From: an uncultured Planctomycetota bacterium | Lineage (GTDB): Bacteria; Planctomycetota; JACQVV01; CAZANL01 | Length of the DNA stretch: 36,003 nucleotides | Assembly (NCBI GenBank): GCA_964566865.1 | Contig: CAZMLI010000005.1 | Span: 1-36,003 of the forward strand | Reading direction: 5' to 3' | In this document: positions 15,936 through 28,703 of the stretch, piece by piece | How positions within the stretch are numbered: the first letter of the stretch is position 1 | Layout of the letters: the number at the start of each line of letters is the position of its first letter | Program-made: the position numbers and the translations under genes | Notes under the pieces: generated by a model | What the model was told of the DNA's origin: nothing | Database searches by the model: none | The model's input: only the letters and a program-made list of their open reading frames with translations

Positions 15936-18900
15936 CGCCCCAAGCCGCCCTGATACTCGAACGAACCGAGCGTCAGCTGCCCGGGCTGCCCCACCGTCAC
16001 CCGCAGCTGCAGATCGTCGTAAGTCTCGTCCTTGCCTAGACGATAGCTCTGCTTGTCAAAGGTCAACTCAAAGACCGACTGCTGCCGCTTCAGCACAATC
16101 TCTGTCTCGCCAGCGTGCGGCAGGCGGGTCAGCACATAGATTCGGCCGATCAGCGTATTGGGCTGCCGATAAAGCCCCACGCCCCAGCGGCCGCTGACCT
16201 GCCGCTGGATCAGAATCCGGTATCCGGACTTGGGCTGGGACGGCGACGTCAGATACAGACTGATCGGGCCGGGGGAGCGCTCCGGCTTGATCTTGATCCG
16301 CAACCAGAAGGGACCGTGGATCTTCGGCTTCCAGCTGAAGCTCTTGTCCCCTCTGCCTTGCAGGATCAGGCCCTCAGTTCCGCTGCTCATCGCGATGCGG
16401 CTCGCCTGGAAGTTGAAGTCCTTTGGCTTGCGGTTGGCATTGAAGCGGTACTCCACCTTGTACATTCCACCGCGCAGCTTGCGCACGTTGGCATCACTGA
16501 GCTCGGGTGCCAGACGAGCTTTCGGCTTCGGCTTCGGCTTCGGCTTCTGCCTGGGCGCCGGAAAGCGGCTCTGCAGCTGATCCAGCGCCTTTCGCTGCGC
16601 ATTGGCTGTCCGGGTCTGCCCGAATCGCGTGCGATAGCGTTTGACCAGCGCGTGTGCGATGGCTGGCGTGACCGCCTCGACCCGTTTTTCCAGCTGCACG
16701 AAGGCGGCCCATGCGACCCGCTCCATCAACACCCCATCCGACTTGCCCTGTGTCATCGCCTCAGTCAGGCAGCTCCAGGCCTTCTCGTGATCGCTCTCGG
16801 CATACCAGAAGACGGCCAGGCACCAGTTGTCCACCCCATTGTCCGGCCGGACCTGCTTCGCATACCAGTAGGCCAGCTCCGAAGCGCGCATCCGACGCAA
16901 CGGCAACCAGTGTCGCACCAGCGTCCCGCTCTGCGGATGCGTCAGCATCAGCTGGTCATTCTTGATCTGCTCGATCGTGACCTTCAACCCGCGCCAGAGC
17001 CATGTCTTGCCCTTCTGGGCCGCCAGGGTCTTGGACAGCCCCACGAACAGCCGGGACAGTTGCGCGGTCCGCTCGAGCTCTTGCTCGATCGCCTCGGCTG
17101 CCGCTCGCCAGCGCCGTTGCGGCTTGATCTGCTCGAGGTGGCGTCGCGCTCCCGCGTAATCCCGCTTGTGCCAGAGGGGCAGGATCTCGCTGCGGAAGTA
17201 CGGCTCGGGGTCCTGTGCCACGACGGGTTTGGCGAGCTCCGCCCGAAGTTTCTTCAGCCGCTCGATCAGCGAGAGCACCTGCACGCGCCGCTCGCCCGTG
17301 CAGGAGTCCAGCAACCGCTCGAGCGCATGGGCCGCTTCCTTCAGTTTGCGTTTCTTGGTCAGCGCAGTCAGCGCCTGTGTGCGCACCAGCTGGAAACGCG
17401 TCTCCAGCCTTCGCCGCAGCTGCTCTTGCAAGGCTGCCAGTTGCTCGAAACCCTTGAACCGCGCGACCGCCGCCGGCAGCTTGCCCAGCTGCTGTAGCGC
17501 CAGATACGGATCTGCTTGCCCCTCCGCCTTGCGCAACGCCGGCCCCCATTTCTCGCGCGCCAGGCGCGTGGCCTTGAGCTCCAACGCCGACGACTCCGCT
17601 CGCGCCTCCTGGGCTTCGGCTGAGCCAGCGTGGCGCTTGGCGAACGACGCGAGCTCCGCAGACAGGTCCAGCAGCGGAAACGGAGCGGATGCCTGGCGCA
17701 CGCGCACGAGCAGCTGGTCCAGCGCCATGCGCACCGCCGACGGCTGGGCGGGCGCCGGGGACGGAGTGGGTTTCGGCGCTGGCCGGACCGCGCGCGAACG
17801 CTCCGGCGGAGAGGACGTGGGCGACTGCAGCGCCTTCGACGCCAGGAAAATTGCCAGCAGCACCAGGCCAATGGCCGGCACGATCAGCGCCCACGGGGCG
17901 TCCGGAGCTCGAGCCCGGCGCAGGCCGATCTTGGATTCCGGGCGACGAACCCGGCTCTGCCTGCTGCCGCTCACGCGTCGCTCCCTGACGCTGCTCGGAC
18001 GTTGACGGCGGGCACTGGCCAGGGGTGGGTCCAGCGCATACTCGAGCGCCTCACGGAACTCCTCCGCCGAGGCATAACGGTCCTGCGGAGCCAGTCTGGT
18101 GGCCTTCAAACAGACCTGGTCGAGCGCGGGCGTGACCCAGTGATCCGTCTCACGCGGAGAGGGGAACGGCTCCATCAGCACCTTGCCCAGCAGCTCGATC
18201 ACCGAGGCCGCTTCATACGGCAGGCTGCCGGTCAATACCCGGTAGAGCGTGACACCCAGAGCGAAGACATCGGTGGCCGGTCCGATCTGGTCCAGCTCGC
18301 CGCTGATCTGCTCGGGTGCCATGTAGTGCGGCGTGCCCAGGCTCTGGCCCGCCATCGTCAGCGCCGAGGTGCCGTCGATCTCCTTGGCCAGGCCGAAGTC
18401 GGTCACCTTCGGGTTGTTGGCGGTATCGAGCAGGACATTGGCCGGCTTGAGGTCCCGATGCACGATCCCCTTGTCGTGCAACATGCCGACCCCACCGGCA
18501 ACCTGCGTCAAGATGCGCAGCGCCAGATCCCGCTTGTACGGACGGCTCAGCAAATCCTCGAACGACTGCCCCTCCACATACTCCATCACCAGGTACGGCG
18601 GCTCGGCCTCGGTCTCGAGCAGCATCACCCGCACCACGTTCGGATGGTCCAGCTGTGCGATCAACCGGGCCTCCTGCTCGAAGCGGATCCAGCGGGGTGT
18701 CTCCCGATCGCCGCTGCGCAACACCTTCAGCGCCACCTTGCGATCCAGGTTCGGATCGTGCGCCAGGTAGACCGAGCCGCTCGCGCCCTGCCCCAGCAGT
18801 CGCTCGAGGCGGTAGCGCCCGACCAGGTCGTCGATCTGCAGCGGCTGCGGCTGTTCGACGGGCGCCATCGGGGGCAACTCGCTGGAGATCACGCTCCAGG

Positions 18901-19225
18901 TGCCGTGCAAGTCCTGTGCGGGATCGATGACCCGGCACGCTTCCTCGCACGTCCCACAGGTCACCTGCGCTACCTCCTCGCTGATCAGGGTCCGTCCGCA
19001 GCGCGGACAGAGCACCATCAACAAGGAGCGCTCGACCAGCATGTCGCTGAGCTGCCAGATCTTGAATGCGCCCTGGCTGTCGAGCACCTCGTAGAACGGC
19101 ACGCGATCACCTGTCAGCCGTAGCCGCTCCCACTCGCGCAGGCAGCGCGCGACATCGTCGGCGGGAACGATCACCCGGCGGATCAGATAGACACAGAGAT
19201 CCTGGGCTCGGGACTGCTCAACCAT
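15932..19225 (-). CDS. Membrane-spanning Ser/Thr protein kinase, 1097 aa: N-terminal helical motif pair plus zinc ribbon, Hanks kinase, one TM helix, roughly 630-aa extracytoplasmic region
   Basis: [45 protein letters not shown] helix: [22 protein letters not shown]. Confidence 0.9.
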   Translation of the reverse strand: MVEQSRAQDLCVYLIRRVIVPADDVARCLREWERLRLTGDRVPFYEVLDSQGAFKIWQLSDMLVERSLLMVLCPRCGRTLISEEVAQVTCGTCEEACRVIDPAQDLHGTWSVISSELPPMAPVEQPQPLQIDDLVGRYRLERLLGQGASGSVYLAHDPNLDRKVALKVLRSGDRETPRWIRFEQEARLIAQLDHPNVVRVMLLETEAEPPYLVMEYVEGQSFEDLLSRPYKRDLALRILTQVAGGVGMLHDKGIVHRDLKPANVLLDTANNPKVTDFGLAKEIDGTSALTMAGQSLGTPHYMAPEQISGELDQIGPATDVFALGVTLYRVLTGSLPYEAASVIELLGKVLMEPFPSPRETDHWVTPALDQVCLKATRLAPQDRYASAEEFREALEYALDPPLASARRQRPSSVRERRVSGSRQSRVRRPESKIGLRRARAPDAPWALIVPAIGLVLLAIFLASKALQSPTSSPPERSRAVRPAPKPTPSPAPAQPSAVRMALDQLLVRVRQASAPFPLLDLSAELASFAKRHAGSAEAQEARAESSALELKATRLAREKWGPALRKAEGQADPYLALQQLGKLPAAVARFKGFEQLAALQEQLRRRLETRFQLVRTQALTALTKKRKLKEAAHALERLLDSCTGERRVQVLSLIERLKKLRAELAKPVVAQDPEPYFRSEILPLWHKRDYAGARRHLEQIKPQRRWRAAAEAIEQELERTAQLSRLFVGLSKTLAAQKGKTWLWRGLKVTIEQIKNDQLMLTHPQSGTLVRHWLPLRRMRASELAYWYAKQVRPDNGVDNWCLAVFWYAESDHEKAWSCLTEAMTQGKSDGVLMERVAWAAFVQLEKRVEAVTPAIAHALVKRYRTRFGQTRTANAQRKALDQLQSRFPAPRQKPKPKPKPKARLAPELSDANVRKLRGGMYKVEYRFNANRKPKDFNFQASRIAMSSGTEGLILQGRGDKSFSWKPKIHGPFWLRIKIKPERSPGPISLYLTSPSQPKSGYRILIQRQVSGRWGVGLYRQPNTLIGRIYVLTRLPHAGETEIVLKRQQSVFELTFDKQSYRLGKDETYDDLQLRVTVGQPGQLTLGSFEYQGGLGR
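16521..16547. repeat. Hexanucleotide tandem repeat (TTCGGC)x4.5 encoding (KP)n inside the kinase gene
   Basis: Seen directly. On the minus strand it translates as KPKPKPKPK. Confidence 0.9.
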
Positions 19226-19303
19226 CGGAGATCAACTGTAGACTAGTTGCGCCCAGGTTCCAAGCGCCGAAGCGCGACGACTGGCGGCGAGCGCCTGCCT
19301 CCG

Positions 19304-22117
<2,814 letters not shown>

Positions 22118-22170
22118 CCGGTTCCCATCGACACAGATGATAGCGCAGACGGCGCTCCGCTGCCTGATTT

Positions 22171-22184
22171 CTGCGTCGACGCAG
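22171..22184. promoter_or_regulatory. Perfect 14-bp palindrome CTGCGTCGACGCAG; candidate activator/operator site
   Basis: Seen directly in the sequence. It is centred about 86 bp upstream of the TSS predicted from the sigma-54 element, within the divergent intergenic region. Confidence 0.35.
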
Positions 22185-22237
22185 CGGCGAGCCGGCGGCC
22201 CGCGGCCCCCAGACTGCCCCTGCGGCGAATGTCTGAC

Positions 22238-22253
22238 TGGCCCGCCAGTTGCT
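22238..22253 (+). promoter_or_regulatory. Candidate sigma-54 (-24/-12) promoter TGGCCCG-N4-TTGCT
   Basis: It has one mismatch to the TGGCACG-N4-TTGCW consensus and exact GG-N10-GC spacing. It lies 13 nt upstream of the ATG at 22266. Confidence 0.55.
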
Positions 22254-22265
22254 AAGTTCGAGGGC

Positions 22266-22664
22266 ATGAGAATCCGACAGTTGATCCTGCTGGTCCTGAT
22301 CTGCGGCTGCGCCGGTTGCGCGTTCGATCCCGAGGTGGGCCTGATGAGAATGGATCCCTTCCATCTGGGGATGCAGGACGTCAATGCGCAGTTCCGCCAC
22401 GATCCCATCGTGCGCGTCCCGACCGCGGCGGGCAACCTGATCGGCATCGCAGCGGGCGCTCCGATCGGGCTGCCGTTCCTGCTACTGCACCTGATCCCCG
22501 GCCCGCCCGCCTGGCAGGACGCGACGGCCCTGCCAATGATCTATCCCGCGGCCTCGTTGAGCTATCTGTTCGGCGGGTTGCTCGGGGCGCCCTTCCTCGG
22601 CATCGATCTGGCCTTCGTGCACTGGTGGGGCCACCAGGAGGAACCAGAGGAATCTGGCGATTGA
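22266..22664 (+). CDS. Small membrane / putative lipoprotein, 132 aa
   Basis: Signal-peptide-like MRIRQLILLVLICGCAGC followed by two hydrophobic segments. An alternative start at ATG 22344 has a better Shine-Dalgarno (GAGGTG). Confidence 0.55.
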   Translation: MRIRQLILLVLICGCAGCAFDPEVGLMRMDPFHLGMQDVNAQFRHDPIVRVPTAAGNLIGIAAGAPIGLPFLLLHLIPGPPAWQDATALPMIYPAASLSYLFGGLLGAPFLGIDLAFVHWWGHQEEPEESGD

Positions 22665-22691
22665 GTTAGCAGTCCGGTATTCTCGGCGGGC

Positions 22692-23615
22692 ATGAAACTG
22701 CTGGTCACGGGCTGCAGGGGTTTTCTGGGTGGAAGCATCGGGCGTTTCGCCGCTCGGGCGGGTCACCAGATCGTCGGCGTCGGCCGTTCCAGTCAGCCCC
22801 CCGAGGCCTGGCCGGGTGAGTACCGGGCCATCGATGTCTCCGCAGCAGACCTGGCCGAGCTGATCGCCTCGGTGGCGCCGGACATCATCCTGCACGCCGC
22901 CGGCACGGCCTCGGTCAAGAACTCGATCGATGCGCCGCTGGATGATCTGCGCGCGGCGGTCTGGAGCTTCGCCAATCTGCTCGACGGGGTCCGTCAACAG
23001 GCGCGGCGCCCGCTGGTGATCTTTCCCTCGAGCGCAGCGGTGTATGGCGAGCCGGCCGAGCTGCCGGTCGTCGAGGGGGCACCGGTGGCGCCGCTTTCGC
23101 CCTATGGTTTTCACAAGGCGGCCTGCGAGTTGTTCGCGCGCGAGTACGCCGAGTGTTTCGGGCTGCCGCTGCTGGTCTGCCGTTTCTTTTCGCTGCTCGG
23201 ACCGGCGCAGCGTCGGTTGCTGGTCTGGGAGCTGCATCAACAGGTTCAGTCCGAGGCCGAGATGGTCCGCCTGCAAGGAACCGGCGAGGAGACCCGCGAC
23301 TATCTGGGAATCGAGGACGCGGCGCGCTGTGTACTGGGCCTGGCGGCGCGCTGGACCGAGCGCCGGACGGACGGACTGCAGCTGTTCAATGTGGCCTCGG
23401 GCACGGAGATCCGCGTGGCGGAGCTGGCGTTGCTGGTCGGCCGCCTGCTCGGCAAGCAGAAGCAAGTGCTGGCCCATGGCGCCTCCCGCCCGGGAGATCC
23501 CCAGCGCTGGCAGGCCGACGTGACGCGGCTGCGCGCCGAGCTCTGCGACTGGCAACCAGAGTCGATCGAGACCGCGCTCACCCGCTGCTTCGAGGCCTGG
23601 GATTCGCCCGGGTAA
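22692..23615 (+). CDS. NAD-dependent epimerase/dehydratase (extended SDR)
   Basis: VTGCRGFLGG Rossmann motif and a YxxxK motif (YGFHK). Confidence 0.9.
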   Translation: MKLLVTGCRGFLGGSIGRFAARAGHQIVGVGRSSQPPEAWPGEYRAIDVSAADLAELIASVAPDIILHAAGTASVKNSIDAPLDDLRAAVWSFANLLDGVRQQARRPLVIFPSSAAVYGEPAELPVVEGAPVAPLSPYGFHKAACELFAREYAECFGLPLLVCRFFSLLGPAQRRLLVWELHQQVQSEAEMVRLQGTGEETRDYLGIEDAARCVLGLAARWTERRTDGLQLFNVASGTEIRVAELALLVGRLLGKQKQVLAHGASRPGDPQRWQADVTRLRAELCDWQPESIETALTRCFEAWDSPG

Positions 23616-23616
23616 A

Positions 23617-24819
23617 ATGCGCGTCGGTATCGTCTACGCACGCTTCTGGCCCAGCATCGGCGGCGTCGAAACACACCTCTACCAGCTCGCACGCGGCCTG
23701 GTACGCCGCGGGCACGAGGTCATTGCGCTGGCGCCGGTCAACGACCAGGGCAACGCCAACCCCTATCGAATCAGCGTCTTCGCGCCGCGGCTGGAGTCAC
23801 AGACACTCGACGGCATAGCCTTCCGCGGGCTCAACCCCACGCTGCTCCAGCGCGCCCGCGCGTTGCCCACGCTGGTCTACTACCTGCCGCGGATCCGGCG
23901 CTGGTACTATCAGCAACTGCTCGGCATCGGCATCCGCAATTACCGCCGGGTCTTCGGGCCGCATCTGGCACAGTTGCTCGACGGCGTGGATCTGATCCAC
24001 TGCGCGGCGCTCAACCATCTGGGCTGGGCCACTCACGACGCGGCCGAGCAAATTGGCTGCCCCTTCGTGCTGCAGCCCTTCGTGCATCCAGGTCAGTACG
24101 GCGACGACCCGCCCAATCTCGAGCTGGCCCGACAGGCATCACAGGTCATCTCGCTGGTGGAGGCGGAGCAGGCCTTCTACGTCGACCAGCAGGTCCCCGC
24201 CGCACGCGTCTCGGTCATCGGGGTCAGCCCCAACCTCGACACGGTGGGCGATGCCACGCAGTTCCGGCAGCAGCATGCGGTCGAGGGCCCACTGGTCGCC
24301 TTCATCGGACGCCAGAGCAACTACAAGGGCTTGCCCGAGCTGGTCGATGCCTGTCGACTGTTGCAGCAATCGCACCCCACGCTCCGGCTGGCCGTGGCGG
24401 GTCCCGCCGCCGACGACTTCCAGCTGCCCGCTGAGCCCTGGTTGCTGAATCTGGCACGGGTCGACGAGACGACCAAGGCCTCCTTGCTGACGGCCTGCGA
24501 CCTGCTCTGCCTGCCCTCGCGCCACGAGATCCTGCCGACCGTCGTGCTCGAGGCCTGGTCGCTGGGCAAGCCGGTGGTGGTCGGAGACATTGCGTATCTA
24601 CGCTCACTGGTCCGGCACGAACAGGACGGTCTGCTCGTCGCCCACGAACCCGGCAAGATCGCGGCTGCCATCGGGCGCATCATCGATGACCCGACCTGGG
24701 CGGCCAAGCTCGGTCAGGCGGGAAAACAACGGGTGGAGCAAGAGTTCACCCGCGAGGTGGTGATCGACCGGACCGAGGCACTGTACCAGCGGCTGCTACG
24801 CCTATCATCCGACGGGTAG
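23617..24819 (+). CDS. Glycosyltransferase, GT-B fold (family 4-like)
   Basis: The C-terminal region LPSRHEILPTVVLEAWSLGKPVVV is typical of GT4 enzymes. The start lies 1 nt after the epimerase stop. Confidence 0.9.
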   Translation: MRVGIVYARFWPSIGGVETHLYQLARGLVRRGHEVIALAPVNDQGNANPYRISVFAPRLESQTLDGIAFRGLNPTLLQRARALPTLVYYLPRIRRWYYQQLLGIGIRNYRRVFGPHLAQLLDGVDLIHCAALNHLGWATHDAAEQIGCPFVLQPFVHPGQYGDDPPNLELARQASQVISLVEAEQAFYVDQQVPAARVSVIGVSPNLDTVGDATQFRQQHAVEGPLVAFIGRQSNYKGLPELVDACRLLQQSHPTLRLAVAGPAADDFQLPAEPWLLNLARVDETTKASLLTACDLLCLPSRHEILPTVVLEAWSLGKPVVVGDIAYLRSLVRHEQDGLLVAHEPGKIAAAIGRIIDDPTWAAKLGQAGKQRVEQEFTREVVIDRTEALYQRLLRLSSDG

Positions 24820-24854
24820 TTGATAGGTGGGGCCAGGTTTGGGATCATTCAATA

Positions 24855-25931
24855 ATGACACCAAGGCCGATTCGACCCTCTCTGACTCTCCAGCCTATCT
24901 GGCTCTGGATCGCCTGCCTGCTCGCACCGGCGGTCTCGACCTGGGCCGATGACGAGCTGCGGAAAAAGGTCGAGCCGTACGCACGTAAGATCGAGCAGAC
25001 CCGTCTGCTCTTTCACATCAATATGATCCCCATCCAATCCAGGGTGGGCGAACTCGAGAGAGCGATGCGGGAGCTGAGCAAGCTGGAGGCGGAGGGCAAG
25101 CAGTCCGCCTACTTCTGGTACACGTTAGGCCTGGGCCGATGGATGACCGGAGACCCCACTGGCGCAGAAACGGCCCTGCACAAGGCGGAGGCCATCATCG
25201 GCGACGGCAAGCAGCCGACCGGACTCGAAGGCCAGGTCTCCTTCTACCTGGGGCGTATCTACTTCGCCCGTTACCACATGCCGGTTTTCTTGAGCGGGCG
25301 CAAAACTCCGCTGCCCGCCGCGGAGTCCGATCGCAAGAAGGCGCTCGCCTACTTCGCCCGCAAGCCCCCGCACGAGGAGAAGAAGATCCGCCGCGTGCTT
25401 CGGCAGATGTTTCTGGAGATCTGCAAGGAGGACTACAAGGCGGTGAGACGGATCCACCGGTCGGCTCCGCCGACCCGCATCTGCACCCCGGCTTCGTCCC
25501 TGCTCCACATGCTGCGGGGCTTTGCGCCGCGCGGGCCTGGGGAGCGGGAAATTTACTGGCAAGCAGCCGTGATCCATCGGCCTCACGGCACGTGGATCAG
25601 GGCTCGCCTCGGCGTCTTTTATTACAAGCAGGCGAAACTGACAGAGGCCCTGGCCGAGTACACCAGAGCGCTCGCCGCCGACCCGAACCTGGCGGGAGTG
25701 CGCAACAACCAAGGCGTGGTCTTGCTGGCGCAGGGCAAACGACGAGCCGCCGGGCAGACTTTTCGGCGCGCTCTGCGAAAGAACCGGAAGCTCGCGGTCG
25801 CGCGCGCCAACCTCGGCCTGATGATGATCGCCGACGGTCGGCGCGACGCTGCGATCACATGGCTGAACTCGGCCATCGAGCATGCCCCGGCGGAACAGCG
25901 GGAGACGTTCAGGGCGCTACTGCCCAAATAG
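24855..25931 (+). CDS. Secreted TPR-repeat protein
   Basis: Signal peptide (IWLWIACLLAPAVSTWA). Clear TPR units, for example AEYTRALAADPNLAGVRNNQGVVLLAQGK. Confidence 0.8.
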   Translation: MTPRPIRPSLTLQPIWLWIACLLAPAVSTWADDELRKKVEPYARKIEQTRLLFHINMIPIQSRVGELERAMRELSKLEAEGKQSAYFWYTLGLGRWMTGDPTGAETALHKAEAIIGDGKQPTGLEGQVSFYLGRIYFARYHMPVFLSGRKTPLPAAESDRKKALAYFARKPPHEEKKIRRVLRQMFLEICKEDYKAVRRIHRSAPPTRICTPASSLLHMLRGFAPRGPGEREIYWQAAVIHRPHGTWIRARLGVFYYKQAKLTEALAEYTRALAADPNLAGVRNNQGVVLLAQGKRRAAGQTFRRALRKNRKLAVARANLGLMMIADGRRDAAITWLNSAIEHAPAEQRETFRALLPK

Positions 25932-25949
25932 CCTCGGCACCGAGATAGC

Positions 25950-27104
25950 CTACTTGCCGCGGACGAAGATCTCTTTGGAGATGATCAGCCGCTGGATCTG
26001 GCTGGTGCCTTCGTAGATCTGGAAGATCTTGGCGTCGCGCATCAGCTTCTCGACCGGATACTCTTCGTTATAGCCGTAACCGCCGAGCACCTGCACCGCA
26101 TCGGTGGCGACCTTCATCGCCATGTCGGCGCAGAACGCCTTGGCCATCGCGGCCTGCATCGTATTGCGCATGCCGCCGTCCTTGAGCCAGGCCGACTGCC
26201 AGCAGAGCAAGCGGCCGGCCTCGATGTTCATTGCCATCTCGGCGATCATGAAGCCGATGGCCTGGTGGTGCGCGATCGGCTTGCCGAAGGTCTGCCGCTC
26301 CAGCGCGTACTCCTGGGCATGCTCCATCGCGGCGCGGGCCAGACCGACCGCGGCGATCGAGACCGAGGGGCGGGTGCAGTCGAAGGCCGCCATCGCCAGC
26401 TTCCAGCCGTCGCCGATCTCGCCGACGACGTTCTCCTTGGGCACCTCGACATCTTCGAAGGTGATCCCCCGAGTGTCGCTGGCGCGCTGGCCCATGTTCA
26501 TTTCCTTCTTGCCGACCTCGACGCCCTTCCACTTGCGCTCGACGATGAAGGCGGTCATGCCACCGCGCGCCTTCTTCTCGAGATCGGTCATCGTGACGAC
26601 GAAGTACCAGTCGGCCACACCGGCATTGGTGATCCACATCTTCGAGCCGTTGAGCAGGAAGTGGTCGCCCTTGTCGACGGCGGTGGTGCGCATGCCCTGC
26701 ACGTCGCTGCCAGCGCCCGGCTCGGTCACGGCGTAGGCGCAGAGGCTGTAGTTGTCGATCATCGGGGCCAGGTACTGCTGCTTGAGCGCATCGCTGCCGC
26801 CGAGGATCACCGGCTGCTGCGCCAGACCGTTGGCCTCCATTGCCGTGCCGATGCCGGTACAGCCCCAGGCCAGCTCTTCGCCGATCAACAGCCCTTCGAG
26901 GCGGCCGAGGGCCAGGCCGCCGTAGGCCTCGGGCACATGCGTATTCATCAACCCCAGCGCGTGCCCCTTGCGGAGCACCGCCTCGGGAAACTCGCCGGTC
27001 TTGTCATGATGCGGGGCGACCGGACGGATCTCCTTCGAGGCAAACTCGTTGGCCATCTCGCGTAGCGCTTCTTGCTCGTCGCCGAGCTTGAACGAGATGC
27101 TCAT
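25950..27104 (-). CDS. Acyl-CoA dehydrogenase (short/medium-chain type)
   Basis: [12 protein letters not shown], and a C-terminal [13 protein letters not shown] catalytic-base region almost identical to MCAD as I recall it. Confidence 0.95.
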   Translation of the reverse strand: MSISFKLGDEQEALREMANEFASKEIRPVAPHHDKTGEFPEAVLRKGHALGLMNTHVPEAYGGLALGRLEGLLIGEELAWGCTGIGTAMEANGLAQQPVILGGSDALKQQYLAPMIDNYSLCAYAVTEPGAGSDVQGMRTTAVDKGDHFLLNGSKMWITNAGVADWYFVVTMTDLEKKARGGMTAFIVERKWKGVEVGKKEMNMGQRASDTRGITFEDVEVPKENVVGEIGDGWKLAMAAFDCTRPSVSIAAVGLARAAMEHAQEYALERQTFGKPIAHHQAIGFMIAEMAMNIEAGRLLCWQSAWLKDGGMRNTMQAAMAKAFCADMAMKVATDAVQVLGGYGYNEEYPVEKLMRDAKIFQIYEGTSQIQRLIISKEIFVRGK

Positions 27105-27107
27105 CTC

Positions 27108-28235
27108 CTACTCCTTCTTGCCGGACTTGCCCGGCCAGTCGACCAGCTTCAGCTTTCCCTGCAGATCGCCTTCACTGACCACGCGGGCACGCAGGATGCG
27201 CTGGCCCTTGAACAGTTTATCCAGCAGCTTGAGACCCTTGGTCACCTGACCGATCACCGAGTTCTTGCCGTCGAAGTTGCTCCGGCCCTGGATCGAATCG
27301 GCGAGCACGATGAAGAAGCGGTTGCTGCTCGCACGCTCACCCGTCTCGCCCAGCAGTTCCAGCGACACGGTACCCTTCTTGTGCGCCCGGTCGATGACCT
27401 TGTTCGGCAGCCCTTCCGGCGCCAGCTCACCCTGGCCATTGCCATAGGGGCAGCCCCCCTGGACACGACCGCCGCCGGTCCGCTTCGCGGGCTTCGACAG
27501 GTCGTAAAGCGGAAGGCCGTCATAGTAGCCGGACGCGACCAGATCGCAGAACCGCTGCACCAGCGCCGGGCTCTCCTTGTAATACAGCGCGATCGTGATC
27601 GTGCCCTGATCCAGCAGCAGCTCGACCCGCGGGTTGTCCCCCACCGGACGGTTCTTATCGCGCTTGGCGAACTCCTCCGACCACTCCTGCTGGCTCTTGA
27701 CCAGCTCCAGGTCCTTCGTGATGAAACGAAAGTGTCCTGTCAGGATGTGCCCCTGGTACTTGCCCGCCAGCTCATCGGCCTTCTCGAACATCTTCCTGGA
27801 CTTGGCGTAGTTGCCGCGGGCCAGCTGAATGTTGGCGATGTGGTAATAGAACCACGGGCCGGTGCTGTTCTTGGCGTTCTTCTTGGCCAGTCCTTCGAGC
27901 TCCGCCAGCTTCTTCTCCGGAATTGCGGCCAGCCGCTCGGAGTAATCGGCCGCGGAGCCGGCCAGCAACCGCGGCAGGAATCGCCGGATCCAGGGCTGCT
28001 GGCTGTTCTTGAACTGCTTGAAGTCCTCGTTCTCGTAGATGAAGGCGCTCGGGTTCTCGCGGCTGCGCTCCATCGCCGCCCAGTGCCCCTCCTGCGCCCG
28101 GGCATCCCGCCAGCCGCTGACGGCAACCAGGAACCAGACCAGCAAGGCGACGGCGATCGCTCCACCTACGACCGCCCAGGTGGCCGGTGAGTTCTTAATC
28201 CGTTGTTTGTACCGATCTAGTGCTTCCACGGTCAT
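27108..28235 (-). CDS. Membrane-anchored cyclophilin-type peptidyl-prolyl isomerase with TPR-like linker (divergent)
   Basis: N-terminal TM helix (WAVVGGAIAVALLVWFLVAV). Cyclophilin-like C-terminus (GTITIALY...VQGG...KKGTVSL...NRFFIVL...GKNSVIGQV). Start set at 28235, immediately after the upstream stop. Confidence 0.78.
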   Translation of the reverse strand: MTVEALDRYKQRIKNSPATWAVVGGAIAVALLVWFLVAVSGWRDARAQEGHWAAMERSRENPSAFIYENEDFKQFKNSQQPWIRRFLPRLLAGSAADYSERLAAIPEKKLAELEGLAKKNAKNSTGPWFYYHIANIQLARGNYAKSRKMFEKADELAGKYQGHILTGHFRFITKDLELVKSQQEWSEEFAKRDKNRPVGDNPRVELLLDQGTITIALYYKESPALVQRFCDLVASGYYDGLPLYDLSKPAKRTGGGRVQGGCPYGNGQGELAPEGLPNKVIDRAHKKGTVSLELLGETGERASSNRFFIVLADSIQGRSNFDGKNSVIGQVTKGLKLLDKLFKGQRILRARVVSEGDLQGKLKLVDWPGKSGKKE

Positions 28236-28240
28236 GTCCG

Positions 28241-28669
28241 TCAGTAGTTGTTGAGTCGTAGTTCGACACGCGCCCAGCCGTCCTGCTTCCGAAGCGCGAC
28301 CACGCAATGCTGCGCACCCTTGCGATAGGAGAGAATTCGCTCGGCAAGCAACTCGTGCCGCTTCTTCTCTCGCCAGTCGCCCACTGCCATCTGTCGCCGG
28401 TAGAACTCCTCCAGCTCATCCAGCGTGGCGCTTCCCTGATAGATCAGGATCGCCACTCGATCTTGTTCCCGCCCCCGAACCTCCTTGTCCAGCAGCACGA
28501 AGCCCGCCGGGGCCGGAATGTCCGGAAAGACCAGACGCTCCGCCAGAGTCAGCGGCCCGCCACGCGGCGCCGGCACCTTGCGCGGCTGCCGTGGTGCACA
28601 GCTCGCGCAGAGCAGACAGACCAGCACGACGGCTGCCTGACGGATCGGGGAACAAAGGATTCTAGCCAA
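28241..28669 (-). CDS. Putative lipoprotein, 142 aa
   Basis: Signal/lipobox-like AAVVLVCLLCASC. The only start is TTG at 28669. Confidence 0.55.
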   Translation of the reverse strand: MARILCSPIRQAAVVLVCLLCASCAPRQPRKVPAPRGGPLTLAERLVFPDIPAPAGFVLLDKEVRGREQDRVAILIYQGSATLDELEEFYRRQMAVGDWREKKRHELLAERILSYRKGAQHCVVALRKQDGWARVELRLNNY

Positions 28670-28703
28670 AGTCGTTTGGAAAACTAGCGGAAAGGTCGTG
28701 GGC

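Noticed and set aside
22118-22447. N-terminal extensions offered by the ORF track, here for the kinase-FGE gene. The track starts at 6964, 11280, 15935, 22137, 28307, 30537, 31379, 33065 and 35111 are the same kind of case.
   Set aside because: The extensions overlap neighbouring genes or read as low-complexity Arg/Pro/Ala sequence. In each case an internal start gives a native-looking N-terminus (signal peptide or domain start), often with start-stop coupling or a Shine-Dalgarno.
22655-22670. Sigma-54-like TGGCGATTGAGTTAGC just upstream of the epimerase gene
   Set aside because: The spacing is 11 nt, and the -12 box reads TTAGC instead of TTGC. It also overlaps the end of the preceding CDS.
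23966-23977. TGGCAC followed closely by TTGC inside the glycosyltransferase gene. TGGCAC also occurs at 6872-6877 inside the DUF309 gene.
   Set aside because: The spacing is wrong at the first site (2 nt instead of 5), and the second site has no TTGC. Both are intragenic.
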